Shown piece after piece: positions 17,810 to 26,046 of a stretch of DNA of 44,667 nt. Positions within the stretch are counted from its first letter, which is position 1. Every line of letters begins with the position of its first letter. A program made the translations under genes and the position numbers. Under the pieces are notes generated by a model. The model ran no database searches. It had not been told where the DNA came from and was given only the letters and a program-made list of their open reading frames with translations. Origin of the DNA: Candidatus Omnitrophota bacterium (GTDB lineage: Bacteria; Omnitrophota; Gorgyraeia; Tantalellales; Tantalellaceae); assembly GCA_015233235.1 (NCBI GenBank), contig JADFYD010000001.1, forward strand, positions 43,909 to 88,575, in the 5' to 3' direction.

Positions 17810-19021
17810 TTACATATTGATCAACGACGTGATCTTAAATATAGGAAGGAACATGCACATTACGATGCCGCCGATCACGACACCGAGCACGACGATGATC
17901 AGCGGCTCGATCATGCTCGTGAGGCCTTCTACCGCGGCGTCTACCTGTGTATCATAAAAATCCGCTATTTTATTGAGCATTTTTTCAAGTTGTCCGCTTT
18001 TCTCGCCTACCGCGATCATGCGCACTACCATGGTCGGAAAGATCTTGCTGGCTTCAAGCGGAGCGGCTATAGTGGCACCGTCGCGAACGCTGTTACGTAC
18101 ATCGAGAATAGCGTTCTCCAGTACAATATTTCCGGATGTCTTTGCCACAACTTCTAAAGCCCCTAGTATAGGAACACCGCTTTTTACCAGGGTCCCTAAG
18201 GTACGTGTAAATTTACTGATGGCAACTTTTCGAAGCAAAGTACCGAACACCGGTATTTTCAATTTCATTTTATCGAACGCCAAATGCCCTTTCGGCGTCT
18301 TAATGTATCCCCTTACCAAAAGGACCAAAAAGAAAACCGCGACGCTTATTATGACAATGTTTTTCTGCATGAACTCGCTTGTGTTTATAAGCATAAGTGT
18401 AGGGGTGGGCAGTTTTGCCCCGAAACTTGAAAAAACATCCTTAAAAACCGGGACAACCTTGATTATAAGTACCAACGTAATAATGAGCGCCATGCCTGTG
18501 ACAACCGCCGGATAAACCATGGCGGAGTTGACTTTTTTCTGTAACGCGCTCGTCTTTTCAATATACACCGCGATCCTTTCGAGTATGACGTCCAAAGCGC
18601 CGCTCGACTCTCCTGCCCGTATCATATTCACAAAGAGTTCGCTGAAGACCTCATAATGTTTCCCGAGCGCGTCGGAAAGATTGGAACCGGTATTGACGGA
18701 GTCTCGGGCTTCCGCGAGAGCCTTTTTAAGTTTAGGTTTCTCGACCTGATCTATCAGGATGTCCAGAGCCATTACTATCGGTATACCGGAATCGATCATC
18801 GTCGCTAACTGGCGGAACAGTATCACAAGGTCATCGGTCACAACTTTTTTTTCAAAAATATTTAAAAACCCGGTTCTGGCGTTTCCTTCTTTCTCCAGTT
18901 TCAGGACAAGCAGCTTCCTCGACTGAAGTATTTCGAGCGCGTGCTTGTTATCCTTTGCTTCCAGTTCGCCTTTCATGTTGCGGCCGGAGCGATCTTTAGC
19001 GACGTATGAAAATTTCTGCAT
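17810..19021 (-). CDS. pilC: Type IV pilus / T2SS platform protein (GspF/PilC family)
   Basis: 403 aa with two T2SSF repeats and three TM segments. The context is with pilB. Confidence 0.9.
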   Translation of the reverse strand: MQKFSYVAKDRSGRNMKGELEAKDNKHALEILQSRKLLVLKLEKEGNARTGFLNIFEKKVVTDDLVILFRQLATMIDSGIPIVMALDILIDQVEKPKLKKALAEARDSVNTGSNLSDALGKHYEVFSELFVNMIRAGESSGALDVILERIAVYIEKTSALQKKVNSAMVYPAVVTGMALIITLVLIIKVVPVFKDVFSSFGAKLPTPTLMLINTSEFMQKNIVIISVAVFFLVLLVRGYIKTPKGHLAFDKMKLKIPVFGTLLRKVAISKFTRTLGTLVKSGVPILGALEVVAKTSGNIVLENAILDVRNSVRDGATIAAPLEASKIFPTMVVRMIAVGEKSGQLEKMLNKIADFYDTQVDAAVEGLTSMIEPLIIVVLGVVIGGIVMCMFLPIFKITSLINM

Positions 19022-19044
19022 AATGTATCCCCTATCGTACTTTG

Positions 19045-20751
19045 TTATGTCACTCTAAAAACTTCTTCAAACGTTGTATGCCCAAGGCAGGCCTGGGTAA
19101 CGGCGTTCTCTCTAAGAGTCCGAAAACCCTTGGTGCGTAAGTATCCCCTGATCTCGTTCTCCCCGGCGCGTTTTGTGATCATCGAGGCGACCTCTTTATC
19201 CACAAGAAATGACTCGACATTTCCCATCCTGCCGTAATAACCGGTATTATTGCATTTAGAGCATCCCCTGCCGCCATAAAATTTTCCCGAGTTTCTCACT
19301 TCGGGATACTTTTCTTCCAGCTCGGCTTTTAAGTTGGCAGTCATCTCGATCTCTTCCTTGCAATTCAGGCAGATCCTTCTGAGCAGCCTTTGGGCACATG
19401 CCATGACGAGGCTCGACGAGATCAGGAACGGTTCCACGCCCATGTTCACCAAACGCGTGATCGAACCGATAGAATCGTTGGTATGCAAAGTAGAAAGGAC
19501 CATGTGCCCCGTCAAAGAAGCTTTGATGGCGATATCCGCTGTTTCAAAATCTCTTATTTCGCCTATCATTATAACATCCGGCGTCTGGCGGAGTATTGCC
19601 CGGAGGGACGAGGCGAATGTGAGGCCTATACCCTGATGTACGGCAACCTGGGTTATACCGCTTACCTGGTACTCGACCGGATCCTCAACTGTAAGTATGT
19701 GCCTCTCTGGCACGTTCATCCTGTTCAGTATCGAGTACAAAGTCGTAGATTTTCCGCTGCCCGTAGGGCCGGTAATCAAAACTATGCCGAACGGACGAGC
19801 CAGAGCAGTTTTAAAATCGTCCATATTGCTCGGCAAAAAACCCATCGATTCCAATCCTATCGAAAGATTTGCTTTATCAAGGGCCCTCATTACGATCTTG
19901 TTGCCATAGATCGCGGGCAGCACCGATACCCTGAAATCGATCTCCCTATTCTCGAGTTTGACGCGGAAACGGCCGTCCTGCGGCATACGGTTCTCTGTTA
20001 TATCGAGGTTAGACATTATTTTTATACGCGCGATTACCGCGTTCTGATTCTTTTTAGGAAGGTCAAATACCTGCAGAAGTTCGCCGTCTACCCTGTAACG
20101 CACTTTTAACGTATTCTCCTGAGGCTCGATATGGATGTCACTGGCACGCCGTTTTATCGCTTCCGCGATGATAACCGTTACGATCTTGACTATCGGGGCA
20201 GCGTCAAGTTCTCCGGCCCCTATCCCGCTCATTTCAAAATCCAGACTTTGGGATACGTTCATGTCGCTCTCTCCGTCAGGACCATGGTCTAACAATTCGG
20301 TGATCTCTTCCTGGCCATGATAATATTTCCTGATCGCGGAAATTACTTCGTTCCGCGTGCAGATCGCGACGGCCACATCACACCCAGTAACAGCTTTAAT
20401 ATCATCCACGGCGAACACGTTTGTCGGGTCATAGAAAGCGACCGTAATGAACGACCCTATCTTTGAAATAGCGATCGCGTTATATTTTGTGGCGATCTTC
20501 TCAGGGATCATCCCCAAAACACTCTTGTCCACGTTTACCCGGGATAAAGCGACCATAGGTACGTTAAGTTTATCGCTTATGATCTCCGCAAGCGCAATGT
20601 CCGCGACACCGCTCATCTCAATGATCTTGGATACGAAATCTTTCTCGGAGATCCCACTTTTAGCTTTAAAAACGTCCTGAAGTTTATCTTTATCCGCAAG
20701 ACCTTTCGCGTGCAATGCCTCAATTATCTCATTTTTTATCGATGCTCTCAT
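19045..20751 (-). CDS. pilB: Type IV pilus assembly / T2SS ATPase (GspE/PilB family), copy 1
   Basis: 568 aa with an N-terminal T2SSE_N domain, Walker A GPTGSGKSTT, VEDPVEY, IGEIRDFET, the LTGHMVLSTLHTN His box, and the tetracysteine CLNC...CSKC. Confidence 0.9.
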   Translation of the reverse strand: MRASIKNEIIEALHAKGLADKDKLQDVFKAKSGISEKDFVSKIIEMSGVADIALAEIISDKLNVPMVALSRVNVDKSVLGMIPEKIATKYNAIAISKIGSFITVAFYDPTNVFAVDDIKAVTGCDVAVAICTRNEVISAIRKYYHGQEEITELLDHGPDGESDMNVSQSLDFEMSGIGAGELDAAPIVKIVTVIIAEAIKRRASDIHIEPQENTLKVRYRVDGELLQVFDLPKKNQNAVIARIKIMSNLDITENRMPQDGRFRVKLENREIDFRVSVLPAIYGNKIVMRALDKANLSIGLESMGFLPSNMDDFKTALARPFGIVLITGPTGSGKSTTLYSILNRMNVPERHILTVEDPVEYQVSGITQVAVHQGIGLTFASSLRAILRQTPDVIMIGEIRDFETADIAIKASLTGHMVLSTLHTNDSIGSITRLVNMGVEPFLISSSLVMACAQRLLRRICLNCKEEIEMTANLKAELEEKYPEVRNSGKFYGGRGCSKCNNTGYYGRMGNVESFLVDKEVASMITKRAGENEIRGYLRTKGFRTLRENAVTQACLGHTTFEEVFRVT

Positions 20752-20778
20752 ATGTATACCCGGAAACTTTTTCGCGGT

Positions 20779-22482
20779 TTAAGTCGTGATCCTCAATATT
20801 TCTTCAAGCGAAGTTATACCTTTAAGTACACTTTCTATGCCATTAGCACGGAGCGGCACCATCCCTTCTTTTCTTGCTTCTCTCTCTATTTCTAGTTCCT
20901 GCGCGCCTTTAAAAAGCAATTCCCGTATAGCCGAAGACATCGGCAGACACTCGACAACGACCATCCTTCCGGAATACCCGAGGTTCGTGCAGCGCGGACA
21001 CCCTTTGGGTTTGAAAATCACGGCCGGGTCTCCCTTTTCATCAAGCAAACCAAATTTTTCGGCTGCCTCTTTTGGTAAGACATATGGTTCTTTACATTCA
21101 GAACATAATTTCCGGGCCAGACGTTGAGCGATAAATAACTCGACAGAAGAGGCGATAAGAAAAGGTTCAACTCCCATATTACGCATACGTACCACAGATC
21201 CGGCGGCAGTATTCGTGTGCAACGTGCTTAAGACCAAGTGGCCCGTAAGAGCGGCCTTGATCGCGATGTCGACTGTCTCAAAATCCCTTATTTCACCGAT
21301 GAGTATAACGTCCGGGTCCTGCCGCAATATGGACCTCAGGCACCCCGCGAATGTGAGCCCTATATCGGCATTAATATTGACCTGGTTCATGCCGGAAAGT
21401 TCGTATTCGACCGGATCTTCTACCGTCACAAAATTCTTGGCGGGTGAGTATATGTGTCTCAATACCGAGTAAAGTGTGGTAGTCTTGCCGGAACCCGTCG
21501 GGCCGCACGCAAGGATCATCCCGTGCGGTTTAATGCCCGCGGATATGATTGTGTTTTTATCGCGTTCGGAAAGTCCCAGTCGGTTAATATCAGTCAATCC
21601 CTGGCCTTTATCCAGTATCCTGAGACAGGCCTTTTCTCCGATGATCGAAGGAAGCACAGACAATCGGAAATCAACTTTTCGCCCTTCTACCGTCATCTGA
21701 AAACGTCCGTCCTGGGGCACACGCCGCTCGGCAATATTCAAATTGGACATTATCTTAAGCCGGGAAATGAGGGGTGCGTGGTATTTTTTTGGAGGTACGT
21801 GTTTTATCTGCAGCATACCGTCTATCCTGTATCTTACGCGAAAAGAATTCTCCATAGGCTCTACTAAAATGTCGCTGGCCTTTTCGATTACACCCTGACT
21901 CAATATCATGTTCGTAAGTTTTATGACGGGTGTCTCGTCCATTATTTTCAGGATCTCGCCGGAGGAAAGTTCTCTTTCTTCCTCGACCATCTCCATTTCG
22001 GCGTACGCCATGCCTTCAACTATCTGGCTCATCTCTTCATCGGCGGATTTTTCATAATATTTTACGATGAATTCGGCGATCTCACCCGCATCGGCGACAA
22101 CGGGGTTTATGTCGCACCCCGTCACGGTTTTCATATCGTCCATTGCGAAAATATTCAGCGGGTCCGCAAGCGCCACCGTCATGAATTTACCAACTTTAGA
22201 TACCGGGAACGCCTGATACATCGAGGCAAAACGTTTGGGCAACGCGGTTATGAGGGCTTTATCAACGTGTAATTTTGAAAGTCTTACCGGAACGGCCCGC
22301 GCGATCTCGGCAAGCGCGGAAAGATATTCTTCGCCGGTGACAAATTTAAGTTTAAGTAAGGCCTCACCCAGACTTCCGCCCTGTTTTGCCGCATTTTCAC
22401 GCACGAGGGCCATATCGCCCGGAGAAAGCTTCCCTTTCAGAAGCAAAAGTTCGCAGATCTTTTCAGTTAGCGCTATAGACAT
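20779..22482 (-). CDS. Type IV pilus assembly / T2SS ATPase (GspE/PilB family), copy 2
   Basis: 567 aa with the same architecture as copy 1: GPTGSGKTTT, VEDPVEY, IGEIRDFET, LTGHLVLSTLHTN, CSEC...CPRC. Confidence 0.9.
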   Translation of the reverse strand: MSIALTEKICELLLLKGKLSPGDMALVRENAAKQGGSLGEALLKLKFVTGEEYLSALAEIARAVPVRLSKLHVDKALITALPKRFASMYQAFPVSKVGKFMTVALADPLNIFAMDDMKTVTGCDINPVVADAGEIAEFIVKYYEKSADEEMSQIVEGMAYAEMEMVEEERELSSGEILKIMDETPVIKLTNMILSQGVIEKASDILVEPMENSFRVRYRIDGMLQIKHVPPKKYHAPLISRLKIMSNLNIAERRVPQDGRFQMTVEGRKVDFRLSVLPSIIGEKACLRILDKGQGLTDINRLGLSERDKNTIISAGIKPHGMILACGPTGSGKTTTLYSVLRHIYSPAKNFVTVEDPVEYELSGMNQVNINADIGLTFAGCLRSILRQDPDVILIGEIRDFETVDIAIKAALTGHLVLSTLHTNTAAGSVVRMRNMGVEPFLIASSVELFIAQRLARKLCSECKEPYVLPKEAAEKFGLLDEKGDPAVIFKPKGCPRCTNLGYSGRMVVVECLPMSSAIRELLFKGAQELEIEREARKEGMVPLRANGIESVLKGITSLEEILRITT

Positions 22483-22504
22483 AAAAACGGGAACCGATCA
22501 AAGG

Positions 22505-22942
22505 TTAATAGATCTTTTTAATTTTACCGAGAATATCAGAACGAAGACCGATGAACGTACGTATCTTTTTGTTTGTGGTCTTTTCAAGTTCCGAAATAGT
22601 GCCTTTATCGAGCGGATTAGCGATGGCAATGACCAGGATCTCGCCGATGAGGTCCAGCGGAACGCATTCACATTTGACGGCAGTTTCCCCACCCAGACAT
22701 TTAACGGCTTCGGCGTTAATATCGTAACTGTCTGTGTTGATAAAAGGAAATCCGTATTGATCGATGAGGGCCTGCACAATGTCCGCGTCGGAGACTACAC
22801 CCATTTTTATCAGAATATCCCCTATGACAGCGTTCGATGTTTTTTGTATCTCCAGCGCTTTATTAAGATTATCACGGGTTATAGTCCCGCGTTTAATAAG
22901 CAGCTCTCCTATTTTTTCGTCATTTTTCCGTTCAAAAAACAC
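22505..22942 (-). CDS. Stand-alone T2SSE_N / MshEN domain protein (putative c-di-GMP receptor)
   Basis: 145 aa with a GTG start at 22940-22942 and a GGAAG RBS. The tandem 24-aa motifs KIGELLIKRGTITRDNLNKALEIQ and VIGDILIKMGVVSDADIVQALIDQ are separated by 5 aa. The rest matches the C-terminal part of the GspE N-domain. There is no ATPase domain. Confidence 0.75.
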   Translation of the reverse strand: MFFERKNDEKIGELLIKRGTITRDNLNKALEIQKTSNAVIGDILIKMGVVSDADIVQALIDQYGFPFINTDSYDINAEAVKCLGGETAVKCECVPLDLIGEILVIAIANPLDKGTISELEKTTNKKIRTFIGLRSDILGKIKKIY

Positions 22943-22954
22943 TTCTACACTTCC

Positions 22955-24037
22955 TTATTTACTGATAATACCCATGCTATGCACCAATTTTTTGAACTCT
23001 TCCACATCGGTGGACCTCGCCACTGCCTCTTCAAAAGTTATGATCTTTTTATAACAAAGCTCGGCAAGCGACTGATTCATTGTTCTCATACCGCTTTGCT
23101 TTGAAGTTTGGAGGACCGAATATATCTGATGCCCCCTTTCTTCCCTTATCATGGTTTTTACCGGAGGAGTAGCCACAAGTATTTCAGCGGCCAACACCCT
23201 TCCGGCAGATCCGGCACGCGGTATAAGCTGCTGCGAAATTATGCCGAGGAGTACAAAGGAAAGCTGTGTCCTGATCTGGTTTTGCTGGTATTCGGGAAAG
23301 ACGTCAATGATACGGTTCATGGTTTGTATGGCATCAGATGTATGCAGTGTCCCGAGCACCAGGTGGCCGGTATCGGCAATAACAAGCGCCTGCTGTATAC
23401 TTTCAAAATCCCTGAGCTCCCCGATAAGTATTACATTGGGGTCCTGCCTCAAAACATGCCTCAACGCGTTGTGAAAGGAAAACGTGTCAAAAAGCACCTC
23501 TCTTTGGTCGATCAGAGCCTTTTTATTGGCATGAACATATTCGATCGGGTCTTCGACCGTAACGATATGGCACGCTCGGTTGGCATTAATGTAGTCGATC
23601 ATTGCGGCAAGCGAGGTAGATTTACCGCTTCCTGTGGCGCCGGTAACAAGCACTAACCCTTTTGGCTTGTTACAGAAAGCCTTAACTATCTCCTCCGGCA
23701 ATCCGCACTCTGAGATACTGCGTATTTTGTCGGGTATCAACCTTATCGCGCAGCCGATACGCGCTCTTTGATAGAACACGTTAGCGCGGTAACGCGCGAC
23801 GCCTTCTATGGATAGGGCGAAATCAAGTTCTTTTTCTTTTCTGAATTTTTCAGCCTGCGTTTCGGACATCAAACTGAATATATATTCTTCCGCCTGTTTT
23901 TCACTGACGGGTGAATCGCCTATTTTTATCAAAACTTCGTCGATCCTGTAACGCAAAAAATCATTTGAAGTTATATGCACGTCGGAAGCGTTTTTCGGGG
24001 CCATATCACGCAGGACTTTCTCGATGTATGCGTTCAT
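22955..24037 (-). CDS. pilT: Twitching-motility retraction ATPase PilT family
   Basis: GATGSGKSTS, VEDPIEY, IGELRDFES and GHLVLGTLHTSDA, at a PilT-like length. I prefer the ATG at 24035-24037 (MNAYIEK), which has an AGGAG RBS. The track ORF extends to 24088. Confidence 0.9.
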   Translation of the reverse strand: MNAYIEKVLRDMAPKNASDVHITSNDFLRYRIDEVLIKIGDSPVSEKQAEEYIFSLMSETQAEKFRKEKELDFALSIEGVARYRANVFYQRARIGCAIRLIPDKIRSISECGLPEEIVKAFCNKPKGLVLVTGATGSGKSTSLAAMIDYINANRACHIVTVEDPIEYVHANKKALIDQREVLFDTFSFHNALRHVLRQDPNVILIGELRDFESIQQALVIADTGHLVLGTLHTSDAIQTMNRIIDVFPEYQQNQIRTQLSFVLLGIISQQLIPRAGSAGRVLAAEILVATPPVKTMIREERGHQIYSVLQTSKQSGMRTMNQSLAELCYKKIITFEEAVARSTDVEEFKKLVHSMGIISK

Positions 24038-24124
24038 CTCGTCTCCTCTTTTAATATTATTACCCGCTTGTAATATTACCCTACTCACCAGTGAAAGTCA
24101 AAAATGGCGTTATGTAATATGCGT

Positions 24125-24285
24125 CTTGATGCGGCGGGTGGCAACCGTGAAGTCTGAGCGACGAAAAAATCGATGCGAGCGCTTAAATAACGAGACTTCT
24201 CTGAAGTTCTTCGCCTGCAGAGTAATTAGCGAGTCCGATTTTTGAGAAGCGAGGACGAACGGTTGACAGGACCCGCCGCATCAGG
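24125..24285. other. ~160-nt structured element (three-way junction closed by 13 + 6 bp) in the 254-nt gap upstream of pilT
   Basis: 24127-24139 TGATGCGGCGGGT pairs with 24271-24283 ACCCGCCGCATCA. 24143-24148 AACCGT pairs with 24259-24264 ACGGTT. Inner hairpins are 24149-24155/24193-24199 (7 bp) and 24208-24214/24249-24255 (7 bp). Strand and class are unknown. Confidence 0.45.
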
Positions 24286-24291
24286 AAGTCG

Positions 24292-26046
24292 CTACTTATA
24301 AAATCCACTTTCAAGTAATTCGGACTTCAATTTTGCAACATCCGTCCCAACATCGATATGTCCCCACGGAAGAGGGTCTTCAAGCGGAATAAACCTGGCG
24401 GCTTCCTTACTAAGATCTCGCCCGTTCTCCTTGAACGCCTCGTCCCAAATGGAGAAGTTGAAAAATTCCGGCCAGGCATCGAACCTGGCGCCTTTTTTCC
24501 AGGCGGAGAATATTATTTTTCCCGTCAGTCTATCGCCGCGGGATAAGGCCCCCTCTAGAAGAGATTTTGGAACATCGTGCACTTCGAACTTGAGACGTTT
24601 ATACTTTTTCCCTAAAAGGATATCTTTCTGACGAGAAAAGAAATTTTCGTCTTGCATGCCAAGCCATTGAAAAGGAGTATGAGGTTTTGGCACAAAAGGG
24701 TTAATACTTGCCTTGATCTCGGCCGGTCCCTTTCCAACACGGGTACGAAGTTGCGATATAGTTTCGGTCCACTTGCAAATGCTGGATATTTCTTTTTCGG
24801 GATCGCCGGGGAAACCTATCATAAAGTATAATTTTAATTTTTCCCAACCGTGTGTGTAAGCTTCAAGCACCGATTTGCAAAAAATATCAAAGTTGGTTTC
24901 TTTCCCTATCGCCTTTTGCAATTCCATAAGAGCCGTCTCCGGCGCGAAAGTCAGACTTGTTTTTTTAATTATGGCTATCATTTCAGGGACCTCATAGAAC
25001 GATTCGTCTATTCGAAGCGACGGGATGGATAAACCTACTCCGTATTTCTCAAATGTTCCGTTGAGCGCTTTTATAAGTTCGGCCAAATACGGATAATTCA
25101 CGCTTGAAAGGGACAATAAACTTATCTGGTTATGCCCTGTATGCTTATATGTTTCTAAGCACTTGTTTATAATTGTCTCAACTTTACGCAACCTTAAGGG
25201 TCTTGAAATATACCCCGCCTGGCAGAACCGGCATCGATTGGGGCATCCTCGCATAATTTCCATGCTTATCCTGTCGTGGATAACCTTAATGTACGGGACT
25301 AACTGCTTGACCGGATAATAAGCTTTATCCAGATCCATTACCGCACGCTTTTTAATGCAGGCGGGAGCGCCGTCTGTGAGACGATTCAATCCCTTGAACA
25401 TATTTCCTTCGTACTCGCCAGAATAAAAACGCGGGACATAGATCCCTTCGATCCCGGAAAGCCGCAGTAATTTATCGTTGCGACTCATGTTCGTGTTTTT
25501 CATGGAAGCATACATTTCCATAAATTCAGGCAAAAGTTCCTCAGCGTCGCCGATCACAAAAATATCAATGAAGTCCGACATGGGCTCGGGGTTACAGTTC
25601 GCCCCTCCCCCCGCTACCACGATCGGTTCATCCTCTTTGCGGTCTTTCGACAATATTGAGACATCGGACAAACTCAGCATATTGAGAATATTCGTGCAGT
25701 TAAGCTCATAAGTCATGGAAAATCCGAAAAAATCGAATTCTCGCACTGGTTTTTTGGATTCTAGCGTAAAAAGCGGTATTCCCTCTTTTTTCATTTCCGC
25801 TTCCATGTCATGCCAAGGGGCGAAAACCCTTTCGCAATTCACGTTTTCGATCTCGTTCAGTAGGTGATAAACGGTCACAAGCCCCAGGTGACTCATGCCG
25901 ATCTCGTAAATATCGGGGAACGCCAACGCGAAAGAGATGGTGTCGGTTTTAAAGAGTTTGCGTACGCTGTTGATCTCGCCGCCGATATATCGCCCGGGCT
26001 TATGCACTTTCTGGAGGATTTGAGTGAGGATGCTCATCGTGTTCAT
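24292..26046 (-). CDS. B12-binding-domain radical SAM protein (TIGR03960-like)
   Basis: 584 aa. The N-terminus LQKVHKPGRYIGGEINSVRK is typical of this family, and the radical SAM cluster is CPNRCRFC. It overlaps the rodA start by 4 nt. Confidence 0.85.
   Translation of the reverse strand: MNTMSILTQILQKVHKPGRYIGGEINSVRKLFKTDTISFALAFPDIYEIGMSHLGLVTVYHLLNEIENVNCERVFAPWHDMEAEMKKEGIPLFTLESKKPVREFDFFGFSMTYELNCTNILNMLSLSDVSILSKDRKEDEPIVVAGGGANCNPEPMSDFIDIFVIGDAEELLPEFMEMYASMKNTNMSRNDKLLRLSGIEGIYVPRFYSGEYEGNMFKGLNRLTDGAPACIKKRAVMDLDKAYYPVKQLVPYIKVIHDRISMEIMRGCPNRCRFCQAGYISRPLRLRKVETIINKCLETYKHTGHNQISLLSLSSVNYPYLAELIKALNGTFEKYGVGLSIPSLRIDESFYEVPEMIAIIKKTSLTFAPETALMELQKAIGKETNFDIFCKSVLEAYTHGWEKLKLYFMIGFPGDPEKEISSICKWTETISQLRTRVGKGPAEIKASINPFVPKPHTPFQWLGMQDENFFSRQKDILLGKKYKRLKFEVHDVPKSLLEGALSRGDRLTGKIIFSAWKKGARFDAWPEFFNFSIWDEAFKENGRDLSKEAARFIPLEDPLPWGHIDVGTDVAKLKSELLESGFYK

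Noticed and set aside
24024-24245. 73-aa plus-strand ORF in the pilT upstream region.
   Set aside because: It overlaps the pilT start and the structured element. It has no RBS, and its composition is driven by the stem sequences.
24125-24285. Assignment of the pilT-leader structure to c-di-GMP-I/II riboswitches, 6S RNA or SRP RNA.
   Set aside because: I could not find the GEMM conserved segments (GCAAA...ACGCAAAGC-type) or the SRP domain IV motif (GGUCCGGAAGGAAGCAGCC-like). The three-way-junction fold does not match the single long bubble-containing helix of 6S RNA. I left it unclassified.
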